DNA from: Victivallaceae bacterium
Lineage (GTDB): Bacteria; Verrucomicrobiota; Lentisphaeria; Victivallales; Victivallaceae
Assembly (NCBI GenBank): GCA_045635285.1
Contig: JAZRBX010000120.1
Span: forward strand, 1 to 34,367
Length of the DNA: 34,367 nt
Direction of reading: 5' to 3'
Positions 9,237 through 16,571 of this stretch are shown in pieces (the first letter of the stretch is position 1; each line of letters starts with the position of its first letter). The notes under the pieces are model-generated. The model searched no databases, was not told the origin of the DNA, and saw only the letters and a list, made by a program, of their open reading frames with translations. Both the position numbers and the translations under genes were made by a program.

Positions 9237-9368
9237 GAAAAAATAAGGAGATTAAGGAATTTAAGGAATTCAGAGAGGCTTGTTTTGAGCTGAAAACCTG
9301 AATTATCTGAACTCCCTGAAATCCATGAAAATGAATAAGAACTCACACCTTAACCAAAGGAGAAAATT
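9237..9368 (+). promoter_or_regulatory. Conserved leader upstream of DUF1559 gene 1 (homologous to 28011-28110)
   Basis: Three phased TAAGGA repeats start at 9244, 9253 and 9262. They are followed by gttttgagctgaaaac and then CT-rich tracts (ctgaactccctgaaatcc). The region aligns by eye with the leader of DUF1559 gene 3. Confidence 0.6.
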
Positions 9369-10172
9369 ATGAAAAACACCCTAAAACAACATCCGGTAAT
9401 CAATATTATCGGAAGCAAGTTCACCCTTATTGAACTGCTTGTTGTGATTGCAATTATCGCAATCCTCGCCGGCATGCTGCTCCCCGCTCTCGGTAAAGCC
9501 CGTGAACGCGCCAGAAGCGCCAGCTGTCTTTCCAATCTGAAACAGCATGGCCTTGTTGATCAGATGTATGCGCAGGATTATGACCAGTGGGTCGTTCAGC
9601 GTCTCGGTGGCATGTGGGACGGCACCAGTGATTGGGCAGGTGCATACAGCCGTTTGGGGTATTATGACGCAGGTACATCGCTTAATGCGTTCAGGTGTCC
9701 TGCTTTGGCAAATGATGTTGCTAATAATGATACCCGGCCTACCGCATATCAATATACCTATGGTGTTGAAACAAGTGCCAATAATATGAAGTTTGTTCCC
9801 AAAGCATATTTTCAAATTAATAATAACGGAACTGAAGGTAACCATAACCGTTTAATTACTTTGAAGCGTGTAGGCAGACCCGCAAACGCTTTCCATCATA
9901 TTGATTCTCTTTCCTCCTCATTGACCTATCAGACTTCCGGTATTGAAATCAATAATGGCGGCTCCAGCCGTCCTCATGCCCGTCACGGCGGCAGAATCAA
10001 CGCTGACTATCTTGACGGTCATGCTGAGAGCAAAACTCCTCAACAGTGGGCTGATGCTACTATCAACAGTTGCTTGTATATGAATCAGACTACCGGTACG
10101 GATTGGACCGTTGCATGTTTTGATGAAAACAAAACAAAGAAGACTTACGTTGGCAAATGGGAAGGCAATTGA
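9369..10172 (+). CDS. Prepilin-like N-terminal helix protein, DUF1559 / H-X9-DG family (copy 1)
   Basis: 267-aa ORF with an AAAGGAG RBS. It has the [37 protein letters not shown]-terminus and the C-terminal motif [12 protein letters not shown] (H, nine residues, DG). A terminator follows. Confidence 0.9.
   Translation: MKNTLKQHPVINIIGSKFTLIELLVVIAIIAILAGMLLPALGKARERARSASCLSNLKQHGLVDQMYAQDYDQWVVQRLGGMWDGTSDWAGAYSRLGYYDAGTSLNAFRCPALANDVANNDTRPTAYQYTYGVETSANNMKFVPKAYFQINNNGTEGNHNRLITLKRVGRPANAFHHIDSLSSSLTYQTSGIEINNGGSSRPHARHGGRINADYLDGHAESKTPQQWADATINSCLYMNQTTGTDWTVACFDENKTKKTYVGKWEGN
9388..9417. repeat. Palindromic element copy A2 (core CAAT), embedded in codons 7-17 of DUF1559 gene 1
   Basis: Sequence aacatccggtaat-caat-attatcggaagca. 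It matches the reverse complement of C1 at 26 of 30 positions. It encodes (Q)HPVINIIGS. Confidence 0.85.
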
Positions 10173-10199
10173 TAATTACTGTTCTAATTTGAAAATACA

Positions 10200-10227
10200 G
10201 GAGGCTGTTTTTCAGCCTCCTTTTTTT
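10200..10227 (+). terminator. Rho-independent terminator
   Basis: Stem ggaggctg (10200-10207) / cagcctcc (10213-10220), loop ttttt, then TTTTTTT. Confidence 0.85.
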
Positions 10228-10386
10228 ATGTTCTGTTTTTGAATGCGGGGATTGCGTTTCGATTGTGCTTTTTTAAAGAGGTTTCGGTGTTGAATATTGC
10301 TCTATTTTTCTGAATCAGTGATATATAAAAAGATGAAAAAATCTGTTGAAAAATGGAAAAATCTTCTCTTTTTAAACAAAAAAGAC

Positions 10387-10415
10387 TTGTTTTTTGAGAG
10401 TTTATACGCTATAAT
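10387..10415 (+). promoter_or_regulatory. Sigma70-like promoter for the DUF1559 gene 2 operon
   Basis: TTGTTT (10387-10392), 17-nt spacer, TATAAT (10410-10415). Confidence 0.5.
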
Positions 10416-10491
10416 TTAATCGAAACTCGACAGATTATTGCAGGAAAATGTAAATCTGTCAAAATATAAACTCTCAACTAAAGGAGAAAAA

Positions 10492-11256
10492 ATGAAGAAA
10501 AAATCACAATTCACTCTTATTGAACTCTTGGTCGTGATCGCCATCATCGCAATTCTCGCAGGTATGCTGCTCCCCGCCCTCGGCAAAGCCCGTGAACGCG
10601 CCAGAAGCGCCAGTTGTGTTTCCAATTTGAAACAGCACGCTCTTGTCGATATGATGTATGCCCAGGACAATGACGATTGGGTTCACAACTGGGGCGGCGG
10701 TATCGGTTGGGTAAATCCCAACGGTATGGCTTACTGGGCAGGTGTTTATGTCCGCAACGGCTACTACAATGAAAACAAGAGCGGCGACAATATTTTCAAA
10801 TGTCCTGCTTTTGCCAATACCGCAGTTGAAGATGCTCCCGAATGGCCGACCATGACTTACGGTGTCGTTACCAATGCAAATGACGGCAACTGGGAACCCC
10901 GTGCATTGCTGTTCTTCAATGATGATACCTGGCGTCTTATTTCTCTCAAACGCATTCAGAAACCCTCAAATACTTTCCATCACATCGACTCCATTGACGG
11001 AACTTGTGAAAATCAGACCGGTATGATGGGACTCGGTGAAAGTGCAGGTTCTTATACTCATGCCCGTCACAGCGGCAGAATCAATGCCGACTATCTTGAC
11101 GGTCATGCCGAAAGCAAGTCTCCGCAGCAGTGGGCTGATGCTTGTGCCAACAGCTTCTGCTATCAGAATACTTCCACCGGCGCAGACTTCACCGTCTGGT
11201 ATCGTGATGAAGCCAAAGAAAAGAAATCTGCTACCGGTAAATGGGAAGGCATGTAA
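10492..11256 (+). CDS. Prepilin-like N-terminal helix protein, DUF1559 / H-X9-DG family (copy 2)
   Basis: The start is set at the ATG at 10492 ([15 protein letters not shown]...), which follows an AAAGGAG RBS. The ORF track extends to 10438. The C-terminal motif is [12 protein letters not shown]. The C-terminal third is very similar to copy 1. Confidence 0.9.
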   Translation: MKKKSQFTLIELLVVIAIIAILAGMLLPALGKARERARSASCVSNLKQHALVDMMYAQDNDDWVHNWGGGIGWVNPNGMAYWAGVYVRNGYYNENKSGDNIFKCPAFANTAVEDAPEWPTMTYGVVTNANDGNWEPRALLFFNDDTWRLISLKRIQKPSNTFHHIDSIDGTCENQTGMMGLGESAGSYTHARHSGRINADYLDGHAESKSPQQWADACANSFCYQNTSTGADFTVWYRDEAKEKKSATGKWEGM

Positions 11257-11278
11257 TATATTTTGCAAGGAGAAAAAA

Positions 11279-12928
11279 ATGAAGAAAATTTCAACAGTAT
11301 TACTTTTGATTTTCAGTTTTGTTTGCGCTTTCGCAAACATGCTGCCCACCGATTGGAATCAATGGACCAAAGACGGCGCAGGTGATTTCAATATCAACGG
11401 AAATACCGCTTCCGTCAAATATCACGGCGGTCAGAAAGTTGCGGCTTACAAATTCAATGCCAATGTTACAGGTGATAACTATTACATTTTTTCAGGCGAA
11501 TACAAACGCTTGTCCGAAAAAAGCGTCCCCAAAGTCCTCTACGTTTCCCGTACTCAGAAAAACGGCTGGATAGATCAGTATTGCGCTCCGCAGAGCAGTT
11601 CCGCCAAGGTCGGCGAATGGACAAAGTTTGAAGTTCGTGCCTATCTGCCGGATAATGCCGTTTTCGCTGACTTTACCGTCGGTTCAAAAGGTGATGCCGT
11701 CGAATTCAGAAATATGAAATTCGTCAAAGCCAACTTCAATGACCGCTCCGCCGATGCTCCCGAACTTGAATACTGGATCAATATGGACTGGAACGACAAT
11801 GTCCGTTATGCCAACCACATCGGTCATAAGTCTTACGGTGAAGAAGAAATCGTAAACTTTTTCAAATTGTGCAAACAAGCAGGAGTTACCGGCGTTTTCT
11901 GGCGCGTATCCGTAACCGGACAGATGGCTTATTGGAGCAAAGGCGCAGCAACCGTTTTCCCCGGTCATGTCAAATATGAACTGCTTGATAAAGATTTGCA
12001 GAGCACCGTCGATGTCCTCCGTCAGATCGACCCCCTTGCTGTCGCTGTCCGTGAAGCAAAGAAAAACGGTATCAAAATTTATGTCTGGATGACCCTCTCC
12101 GATGAAGGTTACAAAAAGGAAAACGACAAGGGCGAAATAATTATCCCCGATTACAGCTTCCCGAAATTCCTGATAGACAATCCCGACTGCCACCTGCTCG
12201 ACCGTCAGGGCAAACCGCTTTACGGCACTATCGCTTACAGCGAACCCAAATCCCGTGAATACCGTGTCAATATCGTCAAGGAATTGCTCGAATACAACGC
12301 AGACGGTCTTTATCTCTGCACCAGAACTCACAGCACCATCAACGGTATCGACAAATCAGGCAATGATTACGGCTTCAACAAAACTGTCGTCGAAGAATAC
12401 AAAAAACGCTACGGCGTCGATATTCTGACACAGGATTTTGATGTTAAAAAATTCCAGGACATCAAAGCCGAAGGTTTTGACAAACTCATTGAAGAAATCG
12501 GCACTCTTGTTCATGCCAAAGGGCAGAAAGTAATTCTCGGCGTTTCTTTCAACGGACTTTCTTCCGGTATACTTGGTTCAAACTGGGGCAAAATGCCTGT
12601 TCATTGGCAGAAATTCCTGCAGAATGAATGGATCGACGGCATCGTCAGCGGTCAGTACAATGTCGAACCGTTTTTCGCCACACGCGAAACTATGGCTTTC
12701 CGTGAAGTTGCCAAACCGCATCAGAAACTTTATTACTGGGCGCAGATGGTCAAATACGGAGTCGGTACTTACTCTCCCGCCAAACTGCTGAAACAGGCCG
12801 AATTCTTCGCCTTTCTGCAGGGCAACGGCGCCATGTATCACGAAGCGATGAACCTTGAAGGAAAAAAAGGTCAGAACGAGAAATATCTCTTTCCGATCGG
12901 CAAATTCTACAATCAGTTCAATAAATAA
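11279..12928 (+). CDS. Secreted two-module protein: N-terminal CBM-like beta-sandwich plus C-terminal glycoside-hydrolase-like TIM barrel (GHL10/DUF187-like layout), paralog P1
   Basis: The start is set at the ATG at 11279 (MKKISTVLLLIFSFVCAFA signal peptide, AAGGAG RBS). The ORF track's upstream extension overlaps the preceding gene. Motifs shared with P2-P4: YWINMDW, GVTGV.WR.S, DPLAVAVREAKKNGI.(I/L)Y.W.TLSDEG, EYR.N..KELLEY.ADGLY.CTR.HS, EYKKRYGVDILTQDFD. The GH-like assignment is inference from motif layout only. Confidence 0.8.
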   Translation: MKKISTVLLLIFSFVCAFANMLPTDWNQWTKDGAGDFNINGNTASVKYHGGQKVAAYKFNANVTGDNYYIFSGEYKRLSEKSVPKVLYVSRTQKNGWIDQYCAPQSSSAKVGEWTKFEVRAYLPDNAVFADFTVGSKGDAVEFRNMKFVKANFNDRSADAPELEYWINMDWNDNVRYANHIGHKSYGEEEIVNFFKLCKQAGVTGVFWRVSVTGQMAYWSKGAATVFPGHVKYELLDKDLQSTVDVLRQIDPLAVAVREAKKNGIKIYVWMTLSDEGYKKENDKGEIIIPDYSFPKFLIDNPDCHLLDRQGKPLYGTIAYSEPKSREYRVNIVKELLEYNADGLYLCTRTHSTINGIDKSGNDYGFNKTVVEEYKKRYGVDILTQDFDVKKFQDIKAEGFDKLIEEIGTLVHAKGQKVILGVSFNGLSSGILGSNWGKMPVHWQKFLQNEWIDGIVSGQYNVEPFFATRETMAFREVAKPHQKLYYWAQMVKYGVGTYSPAKLLKQAEFFAFLQGNGAMYHEAMNLEGKKGQNEKYLFPIGKFYNQFNK

Positions 12929-12949
12929 AATATACTGAATCTGTAAAGT

Positions 12950-12988
12950 AACTGCTGCAATCTTTTTACAGTTTGCAGCAGTTTTTTT
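12950..12988 (+). terminator. Rho-independent terminator
   Basis: Stem aactgctgcaa (12950-12960) / ttgcagcagtt (12973-12983), followed by a T-run to 12988. Confidence 0.8.
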
Positions 12989-13047
12989 ATACAGTGCAGA
13001 GATTTTCGTGAAAAAGAGGATAAATAGCAAAAAAAATTGCTTGCAAC

Positions 13048-13076
13048 TTGACAAAGCAGTTAAGCTGTGTTATAAT
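13048..13076 (+). promoter_or_regulatory. Consensus sigma70 promoter (extended -10) for the P2-P3 operon
   Basis: TTGACA (13048-13053), a 17-nt spacer ending in TGt, then TATAAT (13071-13076). Both hexamers are perfect. Confidence 0.7.
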
Positions 13077-13125
13077 ACCTTATCCTTGTATTTTTAACCA
13101 TGAAATATTAAAGAAAGTAAGAAAA

Positions 13126-14745
13126 ATGAAAAAATTACTGTTGCTGATGTCTGTTGCTTTTGCAGCTGTGCTTTCTGCTCTTGAACCTGTGCCTGCTTTT
13201 ACGGCATGGAAAAAAGACGGCGCAGGTGAATTCAAGGTTACAGAAAAAAGTGCCGTTGTTACATTTGTGAAAGGCAATCGCCCCGCTGCTCTCAAATATA
13301 AACTCGCAGTCGATCCCGACGGCTATTATGTTTTTACAGGTAAATTCAAACGCAACAGCGTTGACAGTGTGCCGCAGATCGATTTTGTCAGCCGCAATGC
13401 AAAAAATCAGTGGCTCGGTCAGTATTTCGCCCCCAAAGTCAAGGAAGCTCCTGTCGGTGAATGGCAGAATTTTGAAATTCGTGCTTATTTGAACAGCAGT
13501 ACCGCTTTCGCTGATATTACAGTAGGTTCTTTCGGCGGTTCTGTTGAAATCAAAGATCTCGCCTTTACCAAAAAAACTATCCACGACCGCCCCGCAAACG
13601 CTCCCGCTCCCGAATATTGGGTGAATATGGACTGGTGGGACAATGTTTATTATTGCAAAAATATGGGACTTAAAGATTACCGTGAGGCGGAAATCATCAA
13701 CTACTTCAAAGATTGCAAAGCCAAAGGCGTTACCGGCGTGCAGTGGCGTATCTCCGCTACCGGAACTGTGCTTTATCATACCAAAGGCGCAGCAACTCTC
13801 TATCCAGGAAAAGATATTGATTTGAATTTGCTGAATGAAAATCAGCGCCGTGTCGCTGAATCAATAAAGGCTTTTGACCCGCTCGCAGTCGCAGTTCGTG
13901 AAGCAAAGAAAAACGGTATCGAACTCTATATCTGGCTGACTCTCTCTGACGAAGGTTCAAAACATGATAAAATCAAACATTTGTCTTTCCCGGATTTCCT
14001 TATCAAAAATCCCGACTGCCATCTGCTCGACCGTCAGGGCAAACCGCTCTACGGCACTATTTGTTACAGCGATCCCCGCGCCCGTGAATACCGCTTGAAT
14101 ATGATCAAAGAATTGCTCGAATACGGTGCAGACGGGCTTTATATCTGTACTCGCAGTCACAGTTTCTTCTTCGGCAATGACAAAGGCGATGATTACGGCT
14201 TCAACAAATGTATCGTTGATGAATACAAAAAACGCTACGGCGTCGATATCTTGACCCAGGATTTTGATATCAAAAAATGGCGCGACCTCAAAGGTGAAGG
14301 TTTTGATATTCTCATTGAAGAAATCGGCAAACTTGCCCATGCAAAAAATCAGAAGGTCCGCCTCGGTCTTGCTTATATGACTCTTTCAAACAAATATCTC
14401 AGTTCAAACTGGGGTAAAATGACTGTCGATGTTGAAAAATATCTCCGCAACGGCTGGATCGATTCTGTCGTTACAGGTCAGTATCGTGTCAGTGCCGACT
14501 TCGGCAGCAAAGAGGTCAACCGCTTCAGAGAATATGCCCGTCCCGATCAGAAAATTTATTATTGGGCGCAGCTCTATTTCTACGGTCAGCGTATGGCGAC
14601 TGCTCTTGAAATCCTCAATCAGGCGGCATCTTTCAACTTCCTCGGTGCAAACGGCGCGATCATGCACGAATCTCTTAATCTTGAAGAACGCCCCGAAGAA
14701 TTCTTTGACTTTTTCGGTATCTGGTTTAATTCTTTTGCAAAATGA
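13126..14745 (+). CDS. Secreted CBM-like plus GH-like TIM-barrel protein, paralog P2
   Basis: The start is set at the ATG at 13126 (MKKLLLLMSVAFAAVLSA signal peptide). The ORF track's start at 13048 coincides with the promoter -35 box. It shares the family motifs listed for P1. Confidence 0.8.
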   Translation: MKKLLLLMSVAFAAVLSALEPVPAFTAWKKDGAGEFKVTEKSAVVTFVKGNRPAALKYKLAVDPDGYYVFTGKFKRNSVDSVPQIDFVSRNAKNQWLGQYFAPKVKEAPVGEWQNFEIRAYLNSSTAFADITVGSFGGSVEIKDLAFTKKTIHDRPANAPAPEYWVNMDWWDNVYYCKNMGLKDYREAEIINYFKDCKAKGVTGVQWRISATGTVLYHTKGAATLYPGKDIDLNLLNENQRRVAESIKAFDPLAVAVREAKKNGIELYIWLTLSDEGSKHDKIKHLSFPDFLIKNPDCHLLDRQGKPLYGTICYSDPRAREYRLNMIKELLEYGADGLYICTRSHSFFFGNDKGDDYGFNKCIVDEYKKRYGVDILTQDFDIKKWRDLKGEGFDILIEEIGKLAHAKNQKVRLGLAYMTLSNKYLSSNWGKMTVDVEKYLRNGWIDSVVTGQYRVSADFGSKEVNRFREYARPDQKIYYWAQLYFYGQRMATALEILNQAASFNFLGANGAIMHESLNLEERPEEFFDFFGIWFNSFAK

Positions 14746-14755
14746 TATTTGAAAA

Positions 14756-16375
14756 ATGAAAAAAATAGTATTAATCTTTCTGCTTTTGTCCGCCGCTGTA
14801 TGCATGTTCGCAGAGAATATGCTTCCCGCTTTCAATTTATGGAAAAAAATCGGTAACGGAGATATCAGTTTTTCTGAAAATGCTTTTGCCGTAACTCATA
14901 AAGGCGGAAAAAATGCCGCCGGTTTGACTTTCAGAGCCAAAGTAGAACCAAGTTCATGGTATTCCGTCAAAGGTAAAATCAAAAAATCCGCCGGTGCAAA
15001 TCCCGTCGTTTACTGTATCGTCCGTACCGCTAAAAACGGCTGGCTTTATCAATACAACGGCGCCGGCGTCAGACAGGCAAAAGCAGGTGAATGGTGCGAT
15101 TTTGAAATCCGTGTATGTCTGCCCGAAAGTGCAGCTGTTGCTGATTTGACTTGCGGCACCTCCAAAGGTTCTGTCGAATTCAAGGATGTCGTTTTTGAAA
15201 AATCTTCATGGCAGGACCGTTCCGATAAAGCAGGCAAATTGGAATACTGGATCAATATGGATTATTGCGATGAGATCGTTTATGCTCACAATATCGGTGT
15301 CGTCGGTGATGATCTTTATGATGAAAATGATATTGTCAAATTCTTTGAAGACTGCAAAAAGAACGGCGTTACCGGCGTGCAGTGGCGTGTTTCCCTCTTC
15401 GGCCACATGCTCTATCACAGCAAAGGTGCGGCGACAGTTTATCCCGGTTCAATGGATGTCAGCAAGCTCAATGAAAGCGGTATCAAGGTCGCAAAAGTTA
15501 TTCAGAAAATCGATCCTCTGGCTATCGCCGTCCGTGAAGCCAGAAAACACGGCATTGAAATTTATATCTGGATGACTCTTTCAGATGAGGGTTATAAACG
15601 GCTTGTTCCTGATTACTGCACCCCTGAATTCCTTATCAAAAATCCGCAGTACCACATGCTTGACCGTAACGGCAAACCGTGGAAAGGAACTATCTGTTAC
15701 AGCGAACCCGAAGCCCGCGAATACCGTTTGAACATTGTCAAAGAATTGCTTGAATACGGCGCAGACGGTCTTTATCTCTGCACCCGCTCTCACTGCAGCG
15801 TTTTTGATCATGATCCCAAAGCACTTTACGGTTTCAATAAAACTGTTGTTGAAGAATACAAAAAACGCTACGGCGTCGATATTCTGACCCAGGATTTTGA
15901 TGTTAAAAAGTTTCAGGCTCTCAAAGCGGAGGGCATTGACATGCTTATCGAAGAAATTGCCAAACTCGCTCATGCCAAAAATCAGAAAGTACGCCTCGGC
16001 GTTTCAATCGTTTCTCTGGCCAACAACAGCTGGAAAAATAACTGGGGAGAAGTCCCCTGTCATTGGCAGATGTATCTGGAAAAGGGCTGGATCGATTCCA
16101 TCGTCAGCGGTCAGTACAATGTCAGCGATTATTTTGCCTCCCGTGAATACAACCGTTTCGCTGAATTTGCAAAAGAGGGAAATAAATTTTATTCATGGGC
16201 ACAGATGGTCAAATACGGCGCAGGTGTTTATACCTATGAACAGTTGAGAGATCAGGCAAAAATTTTCAATTTCCTCGGTGCCAACGGCGGGATCTATCAT
16301 GAAGCGATAAATATGGAGGAACGACCTGATAAAATTTTTGCTCCTCTCGGTAAATTTTACAGCAATCCTCAATAA
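14756..16375 (+). CDS. Secreted CBM-like plus GH-like TIM-barrel protein, paralog P3
   Basis: 539-aa ORF lying 10 nt after P2. It has a signal peptide (MKKIVLIFLLLSAAVCMFA) and shares the family motifs. Confidence 0.8.
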   Translation: MKKIVLIFLLLSAAVCMFAENMLPAFNLWKKIGNGDISFSENAFAVTHKGGKNAAGLTFRAKVEPSSWYSVKGKIKKSAGANPVVYCIVRTAKNGWLYQYNGAGVRQAKAGEWCDFEIRVCLPESAAVADLTCGTSKGSVEFKDVVFEKSSWQDRSDKAGKLEYWINMDYCDEIVYAHNIGVVGDDLYDENDIVKFFEDCKKNGVTGVQWRVSLFGHMLYHSKGAATVYPGSMDVSKLNESGIKVAKVIQKIDPLAIAVREARKHGIEIYIWMTLSDEGYKRLVPDYCTPEFLIKNPQYHMLDRNGKPWKGTICYSEPEAREYRLNIVKELLEYGADGLYLCTRSHCSVFDHDPKALYGFNKTVVEEYKKRYGVDILTQDFDVKKFQALKAEGIDMLIEEIAKLAHAKNQKVRLGVSIVSLANNSWKNNWGEVPCHWQMYLEKGWIDSIVSGQYNVSDYFASREYNRFAEFAKEGNKFYSWAQMVKYGAGVYTYEQLRDQAKIFNFLGANGGIYHEAINMEERPDKIFAPLGKFYSNPQ

Positions 16376-16390
16376 AAATCCATTTGCAAG

Positions 16391-16419
16391 TCCCTGCTTT
16401 TACGGCAGGGATTTTTTTT
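16391..16419 (+). terminator. Rho-independent terminator
   Basis: Stem tccctgc (16391-16397) / gcaggga (16405-16411), followed by TTTTTTTT. Confidence 0.7.
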
Positions 16420-16481
16420 ATATCAGGTTTTAAAAAATTGTATAAAAACATATAAAATTGTAACTAAAATAAAAATCTTTG

Positions 16482-16510
16482 TTGCAAATTATTTAAATCG
16501 TGCATATAGT
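16482..16510 (+). promoter_or_regulatory. Sigma70-like promoter for the P4-GH20 operon
   Basis: TTGCAA (16482-16487), 17-nt spacer, TATAGT (16505-16510), with TG two nucleotides upstream of the -10 box. Confidence 0.45.
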
Positions 16511-16571
16511 AACTTTCAGTGTCAGAATTTATAAAATCGCAAACTCTTAAAAAATTATAAAAGGAGGAAAA

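Noticed and set aside
9350-9535. Small minus-strand ORFs with similar sequences (also 10416-10670 and 28091-28303)
   Set aside because: They are the antisense translation of the conserved [31 protein letters not shown]-encoding segment of the three DUF1559 genes. Their similarity to one another is a by-product of that conservation.
10429-10460. Hairpin gacagatt/aatctgtc in the leader of DUF1559 gene 2, with attattgcaggaa weakly resembling the right arm of palindrome copy C2 (attacaggaag)
   Set aside because: Only about 10 nt are similar and there is no left arm or partner copy. I cannot distinguish this from chance, so I did not count it as a fifth copy of the palindromic element.
11036-11278. 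Upstream extension of the P1 ORF (the track start at 11036 gives 630 aa)
   Set aside because: The extension overlaps the 3' end of DUF1559 gene 2 in another frame. A signal peptide with an AAGGAG RBS begins at the internal ATG at 11279, matching the N-termini of P2-P4.
13048-13125. Upstream extension of the P2 ORF (TTG-type start at 13048)
   Set aside because: This region contains a perfect TTGACA-N17-TATAAT promoter. The signal peptide starts at the ATG at 13126, as in the paralogs.
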